DNA of 63,388 nucleotides, filler included, from Phoronis australis (lineage: Eukaryota > Animalia > Phoronida): the NCBI GenBank assembly GCA_002633005.1. It is 5 parts of 5 records of this genome, joined end to end, with 100 filler letters (N's around TTAATTAATTAA, not from the genome) between each part and the next. Parts side by side here need not be neighbours in the genome. Positions count along the whole stretch, not along the records: positions 1 to 18,216 come from NMRA01001146.1; positions 18,317 to 42,684 come from NMRA01000366.1; 3 more parts are not named here. The stretch is one strand, 5' to 3'. The notes below the pieces were generated by a model. It was given only the letters and a program-made list of their open reading frames with translations. It ran no database searches and had not been told where the DNA came from. Within the stretch, counting starts at the first letter, position 1. Each line of letters opens with the position of its first letter. The position numbers and the translations under genes are program-made. Shown piece by piece: positions 11,720 through 24,104 of this stretch.

Positions 11720-14700
11720 TACCATACATGGCTCCATTTTGTAAAAAGCCGATTATGTCCTCCACAGTGAACAGGGTTAGACATGAACTCGACAAATGTA
11801 GGTTATTTTGATTTACAGTTGTTTTACTTTGCAATTTCCTCATGGGTATTTCTTCACACATATTCAAGTCAGATTTTCTGTTGATCAAATGTTCATGCAA
11901 TGCATTGTAATATCAAATGAATGATAAGTTTGGTGGCATGACCGCAATTTTTCCCACGACTTAAAACAAAAGACCGCAGAAATTTTCCTGACGAAATACC
12001 GGGTTTGCAGTTCTCTAAAAACATTCGAATGACAAGACAAACTCCACCACTGTCTGTGGCAACTCGTCGCATGTTTTTCGCCCATCGGTCCTATCATTGT
12101 TTTCCATTGTTGTGTCACTGTTGGATATAACAACACAGGTCGCATGGATATAGAACCTTGCGTACATCAGACCGTTGCTGATAAGTGCTCGTCATTATAT
12201 CTTTATTATAACAATGAAGATGCTAATCTATTGTTCTCTATGCGACCAGGTTTCCCGTGGATGACCACAGAAGAGGAATCCCAAAGTATCCACAAACAAT
12301 GACCACGCACCTTAGTAACTATTACCGCGCACACGAATCCTTTCCGTGGAACCTAAACACCAAATTTTTATATCCGTGTATTGTGTTGTATTGCTCATGG
12401 TACGGGTTCAGACTCTGTTGTATTAAGATTCCAATCCCCAACCCTATCTGTAGTTTGAGTAAAATTTCAAGACAATGCAGGTTTATGGATTTATTCTCCT
12501 TAAAATGAAGAGTAAAAATCAAATTCTGCACAGGTTTTTTAAAAGTAATCACTTATTGGAAGATCACACATCTAAAAAATAAAACAATGTTTGACAATTT
12601 TATTCATTATCTTATTTGAAAATTGCCTACCTCACAGACAACTCATCTAAGCTGAAAATATTCCTTGTGAAAAAATATAAAATACCAACCAGAGACTTGT
12701 GTACTACAGAATATGTTTTCATAATACAATGCAAAGATAATTGTACAGTCAAAAGTGCAAATATTATGACTCTAATAAAAAATTGCCTTCTAGATCTTTT
12801 CAACACTCTAATTGCTACAGGACAGAGTCAACCACACAAAGCCCATAAAGTCAGGGAATTACATTTAAGGTGATGTAGTCTCACTGCGAAAAAGTGATTT
12901 CGCAATATCGCTGACAACACTGGAAATCTCTTCTTCACAAACTTGAGGTAGCTGTATTTACCACATCAATGTTCTTATCAAAACTAACCACCACAAAATG
13001 AAAAATTGGCATGACGGTTCCAATTAGGCAGCATTTTACAATGAAATGGTCATGAAAAAATACTTTTGCAACATGGTTTGCATTACAATTGCCCTACGAT
13101 TACAGTTGTACATACATACTAGACCACTAACAAAATTACCCATGGGAACCATAAAATGGTCAATTCGCCAAAAAAACAAGGAGCCACCAGAGCTAATGTG
13201 CCAATACTTTTCAGTACTGCAACAAAAATCATTTGAAGTGGACATAAACTCGCCTAGAATCACATAAAACAACTTTTGATTTAGACATTTTACCATCACG
13301 AAATAGGTATTACTTCCAGGTCACTTTTAAGAACTTTGAAAGATCTGGCAATATGCAATTGCTAGAGACCAGACTAATAGTGTGTGATTTTATACACACA
13401 GCATGGTCTCAAGGAATAGCAAACTGTCAATTCGCTATAATTCCAGAAATCACTTCCCATCTGGATAAGGAACAAACTGAGCAAATTTTATAGAGGTAAA
13501 TGGTCTAAATCAAAACTTATTACCTCCTGGACAGAATATGGGTTTACAACCCAGGTAGAAAGATAAGTTAACAAAACCAGCCTAACTGCAACAGGGTCTC
13601 AAATTTCAGTAATATATACCCATTTACAAACAAAAATCTATAATGGTAAATAAAATGCGGAAACATAAATTCAGATCAATTACGCATCTTCAAGGAAAAG
13701 GAATAGTACAGTGGTCAGAAATCATCTAAATGTGATGGCGACACTGAGAAATCCTGTCAGACCAAAAAATCCAGTGGCTAAACAAAATGAACAATGTACC
13801 ATTACCATGTGGCCCAGGATCATGATCCGTGCCTGGAGAAAAATTCAGTCTTAGACTAGGTAAATTTTAGATTTGTGCTGTTCACACAAGCAGTTCTGGT
13901 GCAAACAAAGCTTGCGACTACACACAAGCCTACTTCCCTACACAGCTGTGCTGATACAATAATGCCCCCACTGGATTTAGCAGATCAGCCAGAGTATTTA
14001 CAGGTCCAGCCACTGTACTGTTTCCTCCCTTTGAATTTTTACAATGCTACATCCTTGACAATCGCAGATTGCCTCTTTCAATGCATACTCCACTTCCTCT
14101 GTCCCAGTTTCCCCACATTTGCTGAGAGTGGCCTATCTCAACAAATTACTTTGGACCTGTTGTGGTATAAGCCAGTAATCTTTGGCAAATACTTTTTCCC
14201 CCGACTCGTTCCTCAAGCTACAAATTCTCTTTGACATATCTTCTGGGAGTAGACTTTACGGCCTCTCTCTAGCCCCCTCACTTAGTTGTCCAGAAGGGTA
14301 CCTTCTTGCTGGTTGTGAACTTTTCCATACCCAACCTTTACTAATAATCGGCAAGTCTCCAACTTCAGCAGAAGCCACTTCTTCAGCATAAGCCTTTCCT
14401 GATTCCTAAAATTGTATTAATGAAAAAATTAAACATATTAAATTTAATGTGGCCATTTCGGCTCAGAAAATATGAATACCAAGCTAAAGTGAAGGCACCA
14501 ATATTTTTGACGGCTTTAGCATGTTTAATTAACTTCATAATCGCAGAAATTCATTGGCAGACATAACATACTCCCTAGTCTCTAAAAGTAGTTCATGGGC
14601 AGAAGTCATGTTACACATTTGGTGGTTGTTATGAAAAGTTATGATGACTACCTATTTTCTATGCCAATGTATACATGTAGTTGCATAAACATCAACACAT

Positions 14701-15278
14701 TTGAATAAGATATGATTAAGCAATAAGGCCCAAGTTATAAGCAATCACGGTGTGACAATAAAAGTATTTTTGCATGAATGACGTGCTTCTAAAAATATTC
14801 CTCAGGGTCAGACCCTGGAGTTTAGTGATTCCTACCTGAGCTCACACGAAGCAGGACGTTGAACCTTGACTTAACGTCTTTGGTCATTTTTCAGACCTCT
14901 ATCAGGCTCTATCAGATTTCTCCTCTAGTGTGCAGTGGATGTTCTCAGTGTCTTTGGCGACAGCAATATATCTCGAGTGTTGTAACGATGATTCGGGCAA
15001 GTGAATCTAATAAGGTAGATTATGTAGCTCCTGCTCCACACCTGCCTCCGAGGCAGACACTGAGACAGACTACTTCTCAGGAGGACACGTTCCACCTCCA
15101 CATCAGCTCCACGTACTCTTATAAGGTGCTCAAATGTCTCGCTCTATACCTTGTGCATTTCCCAAGAGTTTCCAAAGTTGTTTCTCTCCGCAATTTGTAG
15201 AAATACCACATTCGATGCGACTGGCAGTGCCAGATAAATAGATAAATTCGCAAACCCGCACTTTAGGTCAGCCATCAT
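11720..15278 (-). pseudogene. Heavily decayed second, spliced, Cys/His-rich gene inside the hAT-like element
   Basis: Reading across frameshifts, 15278-14835 gives MADLKCGF..CG..CTR...HL..VLLRSSL..TCPNHRY..HPLH..DRGL..LLRVSS, ending at a GT donor. ~14050-13880 gives a CXC-like Cys cluster. Further exon-like blocks reach ~11720. Confidence 0.45.
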
Positions 15279-16932
15279 TCAACTAACGCATTGTAAGCTT
15301 TAGTTTGGTATTCAGACGAGTTGGATGAACAAATTTAGTATAATTTCATATTTTAGTGGGAAATGCTAGTGTCTTTAAAATTAATTAAAAACATTTAAGC
15401 AAACCAATTCTTTTAATTGTTGTATTATACCACGGCATATTAATGCGTAGAAACGGCGCACAACTAGTGACTGGTTTAACATGACAAATACACATACGCG
15501 GTCTGAAAATAGTGAAATTCAGACACCTATTACCAAGCCTGCCTGAAGGGCTGACAAAGTTTTTATTGTATTAATTTCAAGGGCATGGAGTCTTCTACAT
15601 GTCCATGTTATTATTTTTAGTTTTCTCGCGGGGGCAGCTTCGCTATAAGGGTACAACTTACTGCTGGTTTTTCACAAGAAGGAAATGTACCTCCACGGAA
15701 ACAGTTCCAGTGTTACCATGGTAACAGATATTGCAGTGTCGGTGCCGTTTTTACTGACATTGGTCATGAACCTATCATGTGATATCAAAATTGTTCAGAA
15801 ACGATTCTGTTTGAAGCAGAAACTGGAGTAGAAAATTTGGTCAAAAATGACTCATTCCACACCAAGAAATTGCCTCATTTTGCCCCCAAGAACACTTCCC
15901 TTGTATCTCCTAAACCACCAAACTTTGTGGTGTCATACTTCACCCAATTTCTCTCATCCCTAATGTGATTTATCAGACTAAACATGGATCTGAATGGCTG
16001 ACCCCCCACCTTGCCGCTTGTTGGCTGTACAGTGGTCGGTGGATCCGTGGACTGATACTTAACACCTCTAATTGCAAACAAGACATTTCTGTGTCTCATG
16101 AATTACTTCATACATCAGCAAGTGCCTGATATTACAAAATCTAACTCTGCTACTGACTTAATAAGTTTACTGGGAAGAAAACGTCCAATTCATTTTTAAT
16201 TCACTTTAATACATCCCTGAAAATATCACTATATGATCAAGACTTGGGAAATCAGCTGTTTCTTGACAACAAAGTGGCTAAGCCAATCAGAGGGCAGTAT
16301 TACGGTCACGTGACCAAAACAAAAATTTTAGCAGGCAGCTACATGGAAAAAGAATCTATTCAAATCTTTACAATCTTGCATTAAAAAAACCTAAGACCTC
16401 ATTTCAAATCAAGTTTAGTCTTTTTCCTCACTTTTCCCATCAATATAACACTTAAATAAAAAAGCTAACACAAAAATAAAGCGTATTTTCCAAGCTAAGA
16501 AAAACCAATATGGTGGGTGAGCATCGATCTACCCTCCCGATTTTAGCATCCAAAAAAAATATGAAGTGATGCTTGGATTAACGTCAAACTTGGACAGAAG
16601 GTGGATAATACAATAAGGTAATGATATAAAGCAGTTTCGAAGCGATAAGTAACTTACCTTTGGAAATGCGAATGGCGAGCTTCGACGCTTGAACTTCACT
16701 AGCAGACAAAGAAGGAACAAAAACATGTAATATACAAGTTTTGGTGACGTATAACTAAATTGATGTCTTCTATGTCATCAGAAAGTGTGTTTGTGTCTGA
16801 GTTCCGATTCTGGACGGAAAGCGAGTGATTTGCGCACAGGCACCCTAAAACAATGGCTACTTAAGCGGTGACAGCCATTACGTAAGAACCAATCAGCGAT
16901 AAGATAAGCTTTTGTCACCTCCCTACAAAATG

Positions 16933-16968
16933 TTGCTCCCCCCTTGTGATATCCTAGATCCGCCACTG
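16933..16968. mobile_element. Right end of an older non-autonomous hAT-type element into which the 9.6-kb element inserted
   Basis: Ends ...gatccgccactg (reverse complement CAGTGGCGGATC, a common hAT MITE terminus). Its probable internal part lies at ~7200-7344. No left TIR found. Confidence 0.45.
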
Positions 16969-17059
16969 TACTAAATTTAGTACATAGTTGGCCTGCGTTT
17001 GAAAAGAACGACCAGCGACCGTTCCAAAGTCAAAGATGATCAGACTCAAAACTTCGCAC

Positions 17060-17175
17060 CTGTTCAGCAGCACATGTCAGTTTCTTAGCCTTCGGCTTCG
17101 TCGATATCATTGCTAGGCTTCTTTGTTGACTCCTTGAACAGCGTGTCAAAATCACTCCTCTTCGCTCTCAGGTTT
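17060..17175 (-). other. Possible exon of a gene transcribed divergently from PMS1
   Basis: Acceptor cttgtcttgcgtttag, donor cag|gtgcga, ATG at 17110 gives MISTKPKAKKLTCAAEQ, CpG-rich upstream region. No homology recognised. Confidence 0.25.
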
Positions 17176-17454
17176 CTAAACGCAAGACAAGTTTCTTTGA
17201 AATGATATTACGCCAACAGAGAAAAGGTACCGTGAATGCGTGACGCCGCTAACTCAGGCCTCCCAATGCCCGAGTTGAGTTCTGTCACGCTATTATTAAT
17301 ATTAGTAGTTGGGAAATTCCCTACATCATGCAGCCTGTTCAGTAACGCAAGGACCTCGCTAAAAAGCAAAACCTCGCGAGATTACGTGAGATATTGCCGT
17401 GCATTTTAAATGAGAACTAGTGACTTTGACTTATTAGGTCCCAGCGCACGCCTG

Positions 17455-17852
17455 GGCCCGGTCTCTAATCTTTATACTCGAAACGAACTCGAAACTATTT
17501 TTGGCAATTTCTCTGCTCCTTTTGTGCGAACTTAAGATAATTGGTTATCAGACTGTGCTCGAATACATAATAGTTTATGCATAGGAGTTTCTAGTTCAAG
17601 TTTGCCCTTGAAGACCCTTATATTTGTGCTACAAACTCTAAAAACTTGAAATTTCGAGTTCAAACTCGAGCTTATTGCTTTAATATTGGGTTTTCAAACT
17701 GTGAACTATGGGCAATAAATTATCTACGTAAGTTATTGTGTACTCGAGCATAGAATAGTAGACACTTATATTGAGTTCGCCCAAAAGTAGAGTAGAAAAT
17801 GCCAATCCTAATTTCGAGTTCCATTTCGAGTAAAAAGATTGGAGACCGGGCC
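17455..17852. mobile_element. ~400-bp palindromic MITE, PIF/Harbinger-like
   Basis: The arm ggcccggtctctaatctttatactcgaaac... pairs with the reverse complement of ...tttcgagtaaaaagattggagaccgggcc. Imperfect pairing continues for over 130 bp. Flanked by CTG and CAG. Confidence 0.78.
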
Positions 17853-17994
17853 CAGGTCACCAAATCAAGTACTGAAGCCACTTTATGACATTCCTCATCA
17901 CCAGTACCTATATTGATTAGAAACATGATTTTTTTCTAAAATGTGATTGTTCAAATTGTTGGTATGAAGCTAAGAAAGCTAAAGTCTCTGAGGA

Positions 17995-18216
17995 AGTATT
18001 ATCTCAGATTCACAAATTCCTATTTCAAGTATTATCTCAGATTCACAAATTCCTATTTCAAATATCTCAGATTCACAAATTCCTATTTCAAGTATTATCT
18101 CAGATTCACAAATTCCTATTTCAAATATTATCTCAGATTCACAAATTCCTATTTCAAGTATTATCTCAGATTCACAAATTCCTATTTCAAATATCTCAGA
18201 TTCACAAATTCCTATT
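17995..18216. repeat. 33/30-bp minisatellite running into a gap
   Basis: Unit aagtattatctcagattcacaaattcctatttc, about 7 copies. Confidence 0.95.
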
Positions 18217-19783
18217 NNNNNNNNNNNNNNNNNNNNNNNNNNNNNNNNNNNNNNNNNNNNTTAATTAATTAANNNNNNNNNNNNNNNNNNNNNNNNNNNN
18301 NNNNNNNNNNNNNNNNGTAATACCGCCATGTTGAATGGAAGGAGTCACCTGGCGGTCAAAAACTAAACTAATTTACCGACTTGCAGATCGCCGCTTTTCA
18401 TAAGTTCAAATTGACCGAGACCCGTCAATTCCCTGCCCGAGTTACGGAATCAAGGATTCGAATTTGATCCTATGGTGACCCTGATATACGCACCTGCTAG
18501 CAAGAATCCGCCAAAACAGCGGAGGTTGTTTTTGAGGTCCAAATTTGTGAAAAGAGTATCACTTCAGACAATTTCGTGGAAAAATGGTCAAATGGTCACA
18601 ATTTAAAAAAAAAATGGAAAGGTAAAATGCTTCTACTTGTTCATCAATATTTATTATGTCAGGAAAACTTTAGCGGGAATCTCGCGCAGGCAAACACCAT
18701 TCAGAATCAATGATGCTGTTTCATTCATTAACAGTAGGTGTCGCTGTAATCTTGTGTTGAGCTAACATGGCGGTGTCCACCGGGAAATAGTGCCAACTGA
18801 AATTCGACGTTAAAATATGGAGGAAACGCGGTAGGGGATCAATTCATATATTTTTGGAAAGATGACGGCGCGAGGAATCGAAAGATACCAAAATCATATG
18901 TCTAAGTCACTGTCGTTATATTGTAAACAATTACCCAGTTCGATTCCCGGGACGGTTACTCTTTCCTATTACTACAGATGTCACTACACAGATTTAATTT
19001 GGTTACCTGTCCTGTTTGACAAATTGTCAATGAACTCTTCACTTGTCACTTGAAGTTAAACATTTACCGAGTTGGTCCACCAATGCTGCTGTCTTTCTGC
19101 AGTGCTCTCTTCCCTAGCGAGCATTCATAGATTCAAGGATCTTTCAAAAACGTGTGGTATCACCAGATATTAAAAGGCAAAGCAAAGACCGCTGGGCTGT
19201 AGACAGTGACTACCGTCTCTAGCTCGCCAGCAGAGACAATGCTTCTCCGCCGGAAGCTTTCCTGCAAATTATGCCTTACACTGATTTAAAAAAATCACAC
19301 ATGTTGTACTACAGCACACATCACGAATTTTTGCGCATAGAGGATGGACACCTTAGGAGGCCATTGATCTATTTAATTCCTTCCAACTCGAGCAAATGCT
19401 ATGGTTATCAAAGTTGTTCTTCGAGCAGTCCTTTGTTCAGTTCCCAAAATTGGAAATGGCCAGGCAAATCTTACACTAACAGGATTAAGGCAAGTGGACA
19501 AGAAAGTCTGCCCTGTTTACCCTAAAGGCAAATTCCTCGGGTCACATAAAAGGCTTGAAATGATGGCGCTTTCACGGATTGAAGTGAGCTAGTCGCTATT
19601 CGTGGGGGCAGCTGAACTTGCATCGGTTGTGATAATTGCGGTCGTTAATCAAAGTGCCTGTTTAACGTACGAGTTTCGAAGTAAAAAAAGGATGTGGTGT
19701 GGTCAACATGACTGATTTAAAATTTATAACGTAAATTGTAGCCATCATATGAATTTTTAAAATGAATAATAGTTTTCTGTAGC

Positions 19784-19828
19784 ATGATGGCTAAGCCACG
19801 AGCATTAATTTGTGAATCAATTGTACAG
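19784..19828 (+). CDS. Candidate first coding exon of PMS1 (weak)
   Basis: ttttctgtag acceptor, MMAKPRALICESIVQ, cag|gttagt donor. Length, phase 0 and the final Q fit the missing N-terminus, but similarity to vertebrate MKQLPAATVRLLSSSQ is poor. Confidence 0.25.
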
Positions 19829-20837
19829 GTTAGTCACAGTGTGTCTTAAGCTCATTTAGGTGTTGGGGTAACAAAACCCCAAATGTTAGCGTAGGATTAC
19901 CTCTTGATCAATCCAGTAATGTTCATTGTGAATCGAATTGAATCTGGTTTGCTGGACAATACTCAAAAAAACTCCTAGAACTTTGGAGGCATCATGCCTA
20001 TTTCGAAGGGAAAATGTTACTATTGATTGGCGGGATTCAGTGTGACAGAGAGAACTGCGAGGTGATGTATGTTGGGAAAACAACAACCATTAATCAAACG
20101 CTAAAACAAACTTAGAAGTATTCTACATCAGTTAATATAGTAAGTATGAAGCAAGAAAATATTAGCAATTCATGCCAATGGTAAATAAACTGATAGGTGT
20201 ATATATATATATATTTAAATTGTATAAATAATGTTGCTGATGGTTAATCATTTGCTAAAAAGACTGATGTTGATACTCATAATACAGTGAAAGTGATATT
20301 CTTGTTTTATGAAGTTTGACTGTCTGTCAAGTTTGTTCCAAAAGGCAACTTCATGCTCCTCAATAAAGTATTTCCCATATGTTGTGATGTTTGACCTTGA
20401 AACACAAAGTAAGATTTCTTTTTATCTTAGGCCTGTTTGCAAATGGTGAAACCTTTCATTGATATCTTAGGCCTGTTTGCAAATGGTGAAACCTTTCATT
20501 GCATAAGGCCAATACCCTTGACACATTTAAAGACTTAATAGCCAGCGATCAGACTTTGACCTGTACTTAAAAAGTTGCATATGAGGCATCACTGTTATTG
20601 AATACAAACTTCAAAGCTCCGAGCTGAATCCCCCAATTTTCCTACTCTTTGGATTCCCCATATGTGCCAAACAAGAGGGATATAGAAAAAGTCACCTAAT
20701 AAAAATGCAGTATAATTTCAGTTTTGTGTCAGTGTCTAGCAAATGGCATAGTCTAATTACGATGGACCATATACTTGGAAGACTAGGAACACATATCAAC
20801 ATGGTTATAGAAGTTGAGTGTAACGTCAATATTGATG

Positions 20838-20910
20838 CATGGGCAGTGCACCATAGGGGGCTGTGGGGGGGCTATAGCTCCCCGCTTTTATCAGTACTGC
20901 GCCGCCCATG
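20838..20910. mobile_element. 73-bp miniature TIR element with 5-bp TSD
   Basis: TIR catgggcagtgca / tgcgccgcccatg. TGATG duplicated at 20833-20837 and 20911-20915. Confidence 0.65.
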
Positions 20911-20994
20911 TGATGCCCAGAAGTTTGAATAGACTGCATGCGCTAAATTAGTGCATCCAATAGTCGGATAGGTTGCATGGGCTGCTGGTGAGAG

Positions 20995-21195
20995 TGTGTC
21001 TTCTGCTGTTTTTAATCACCTCCAGGGCACAGGTTTTGACTTTAAGAATGACAATATCAAGATCGTGCATGGGGAGAAAAAGTAGTCCCAGGAAGCTGTG
21101 TTCTTTAAATCACTGAATCCCTCACTGAACAAGCAAGGTGGAGCTTGTTTCGAAGTGTCGTCTGCTTGGGATGAGAATATACATGAGATTTTTTG
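20995..21195 (+). mobile_element. Penelope-like element remnant (GIY-YIG C-terminus)
   Basis: Translates as SSAVFNHLQGTGFDFKNDNIKIVHGEK..EAVFFKSLNPSLNKQGG, matching the Penelope endonuclease tail pattern (SAxxxH...EA.....PSLN..GG). Confidence 0.7.
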
Positions 21196-21940
21196 AGAAA
21201 GCAAGATACTACACTTTCTGCCAATCTATGTTCACTTTAAAGGAGGTATAATGCCTCGGAGGGTCTAGGAGTTTGTCGTTAGATCCGATTCAATTCTATT
21301 TACAATTGTTACAAATTTATGATGGTGATGAATAAGTTTAGACTTAACTGTGCTTCGTGACTGTACAATTACATCAAGTCAGTGGACTGTTTTATGAAAA
21401 GCAAGTGACTTCAGTTAGAAATCTGGTCTTACGCCACACACAACTGGTTCTGAAGAATAGTTAAATCTCATTTTTATTGCAAAAGTTCAAAATCTGAGAA
21501 TACTGATGTTTACTGAGACAATTTCTGAAGTTATTTATAGACTGCACTGTGCTCATAACATGGTAAAACCTTTTTCAATCGGCAACAGTGAAATGAGAGC
21601 AGAAGACCAATTTTCTATCGTCATTGCTGGCTCAATCTGTGTGCTAAAACACGGCCAGTATTTCAGCTTGTAGCACCATTTTTCGTTTGCCTTACAGCAT
21701 TTGTCATGTGGTGTTTGTCAAAATGGCATTTGGCACTCATAATGTCGACTGGCCCTTTCAACTTTTTAGTCAGGTCTCGTGCAAAGACGAACGGTTTAAA
21801 GCTATTCTCAAGCTCGTGTTTAATGTAAGTAAGAAACGAGCTGAGACAAGATTTAAATGCAAAGTGGTCTGTCAAATTTTTTTTAGAATGTGGGTACATT
21901 GCGAGTTCAGGGTTTTGTTAATGCCTGACTGTTTTTACAG

Positions 21941-22024
21941 GTGATAACGTCTGTAACAAGTGTAATCAAAGAACTTGTTGAAAACTCTCTGGATGCGACT
22001 GCCTCTGCTATTGATGTGAAATTG
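21941..22024 (+). CDS. PMS1: PMS1 (MutL homolog) exon, GHKL ATPase motif I
   Basis: VITSVTSVIKELVENSLDATASAIDVKL, AG/GT boundaries. Confidence 0.92.
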
Positions 22025-22307
22025 GTACTTATGATTACTTTTTAAAATCAAACTATACAGTCTTCCTGCTTACAGTACACGTCTTTTTTGCTTGAGTCAT
22101 TTTTTACCTGCATCAAATGAAGTTTGTCCAACTATTTTTGCACTTGTCATCTTTTTAACTTTTCCATTCAATACCATTGCATCTCATTGGGCAATATTTC
22201 CCAGGACTAAAGAAGGATCAGTTTGCTTCATATAGCAACCGGTCTATTGACTGTTTTATCTCTGTTGTAATTTGCAACTTATTGACTGTTTTTAATTTTT
22301 ATCAAAG

Positions 22308-22467
22308 GATAACTATGGGTTGGACTGTATCGAAGTCAGGGACAATGGTCATGGGATTTCAAGAAAAGATGTTTCTGTAATGGCCAAGCGACATTACACT
22401 TCTAAAATCACTGACACAGCTGATTTGCCATTTGTGGGAACGTATGGGTTCCGTGGGGAGGCTTTAG
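22308..22467 (+). CDS. PMS1: PMS1 exon, ATPase motifs II-III
   Basis: [17 protein letters not shown]...HYTSKI...[10 protein letters not shown] (MutL signature), phases compatible with neighbours. Confidence 0.95.
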
Positions 22468-22820
22468 GTAAGCGCTCATTTTAGTAGTTATCTATTATAG
22501 TATTTACCACTGAATAGGAAGACATGGGTGAATTTTGAAGTATGGTATTCTTGTTGTGCAGTGTCTTGGGATTCTGTCGGGATAATAGTATTTATAATGG
22601 CTAAGAATTTTTGCTACTTGTTAAGTATCTTGTACTTGTCAATGGGTAATGTTATTATGTGGAGTTCAAGACGTGCATGTGATGAAAACATGCTGAATGC
22701 ATTAAGCATAGTGGAGTTGTTTCATCAGAAGGCAACTAAAGTTACAATAAAACAACTGGAAATGTAATGATGAAAAGTACCTTAGGAATATTACACGTTG
22801 TTTTAATATGTTCTTTGCAG

Positions 22821-22946
22821 GGTCATTATGTGGCTTGGCCGATGTTTGTATTGTAACCAAAACAGCTGATGACACAATAAGCATGCAATACCAGCTTGAT
22901 GTTGGAGGAGGTGTATTAACAGCAGTACCCTCTCATCTGGGGGTCG
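22821..22946 (+). CDS. PMS1: PMS1 exon
   Basis: SLCGLADVCIVTKTADD...PSHLGVG matches the PMS1-type PSHLGQG, AG/GT. Confidence 0.92.
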
Positions 22947-23384
22947 GTAAGTACTCCACACGTTCTGCGTAACAATTTTACGCATTTCCATGACTAATGT
23001 CTTGATATAATGGAAATGCCATGCACTCTTTTGCGCGCTGAAAATTGTAGTGTTTGGGGGTTCAACATACTTTAATTTCTTGTTGAACTTAAGCACAAAA
23101 ATATTATGTTTTGGTATTTTGATCTTTCGTACAAATCTGCAAAAATGTGAGGTCACTGAATTAGTTTTTGCGTTACTACTGCTTATTAAAATAAAGGCAA
23201 CTGGAAAACATGTAAAATCTACATGGGTAACTGAAAACCTATCTAATTAAAGTGTACGATCATCATTTAGGTTTTATATTTTAAAAGCTTCAATTATATT
23301 TTCTGGTTTTATTGATTGTCTTATGCGGACACAAGTACCATGATATTGCCACACCATTAGGCTCATTTATTACTGTATAGTGTT

Positions 23385-23545
23385 GCACCATAAAGCCCAT
23401 GTATTACTGTATTGCCATGCCATTAGTCCCATATATATTGCTGCACCATAAAGCCCATGTATTACTGTATTGGCATGCCATTAGTCCCATATATATTGCT
23501 GCACCATAAAGCCCATGTATTACTGTATTGCCGTGCCATTAAACT
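23385..23545. repeat. 58-bp tandem repeat (about 2.7 copies)
   Basis: gcaccataaagcccatgtattactgtattg recurs at 23385, 23443 and 23501. Confidence 0.85.
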
Positions 23546-23729
23546 GGGCTAATATGCGAAACTTAGGTGCATGCGCCAATATGCGAACCACTTGGGTAAA
23601 AGCAGACTGCAAAAAAAGCATGATTTCGGATATAGGCCCTTGGGTCAAAAGGCGTGGCAATACAGTAATACGAAATTCTTGATAACATGTCACGGTACTC
23701 CAAAGATACAGAAGCAACCGTAAAAAAAT

Positions 23730-23920
23730 TGTCATTAGGAGGCACACCAGTAGTCAAAAGCTTGTTGTTAGGAGGCACACCAGTAGCCAAAGTTTGTCAT
23801 TAGGAAGCACACCAGTAGTCAAAAGTTTGTCGTTAGGAGGCACACCAGTACTCAAAAGTTCGTCATTAGGAGGCACACCAGTAGTCAAGTCTTTGTAGTT
23901 AGGAGGCACACCAGTAGTTA
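23730..23920. repeat. ~31-bp minisatellite
   Basis: ttaggaggcacaccagtagtcaaaag core, about 6 copies. Confidence 0.88.
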
Positions 23921-24104
23921 AAACGAGTACGCCTGTATGTGAATTAATGTTTATACCTAAGTAGGGAATCGTGCCAATATGCGAACCACTTAGGTATAAG
24001 AGATATTATTTCGGATATAAGCCCTTGAGCTTAAAGGCGCAGCAATACATTTTTTCTGGCTTTGGGTATCCAAGATATTTAGCATCAACACAAAATTTAC
24101 TCCA

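Larger units (their letters stand above)
7352..16925 (-). mobile_element. hAT-superfamily DNA transposon with 7-bp TSD (hATw-like), 9574 bp
   Basis: TIRs tagggaggtgcacaaaa (7352) and ttttgtcacctcccta (ending 16925). Perfect direct repeat CAAAATG at 7345-7351 and 16926-16932. Contains a DDE transposase with a CxxH motif. Confidence 0.85.

Noticed and set aside
18217-18316. TTAATTAATTAA embedded in N runs (also near 42729, 48067 and 60224)
   Set aside because: Artificial scaffold linker with stops in all six frames, not biological. ORFs containing X residues are unreliable.
18317-19170. CpG-rich block after the gap resembling a DNA transposon end
   Set aside because: No matching second terminus or TSD is visible, and it cannot be told apart from promoter sequence.
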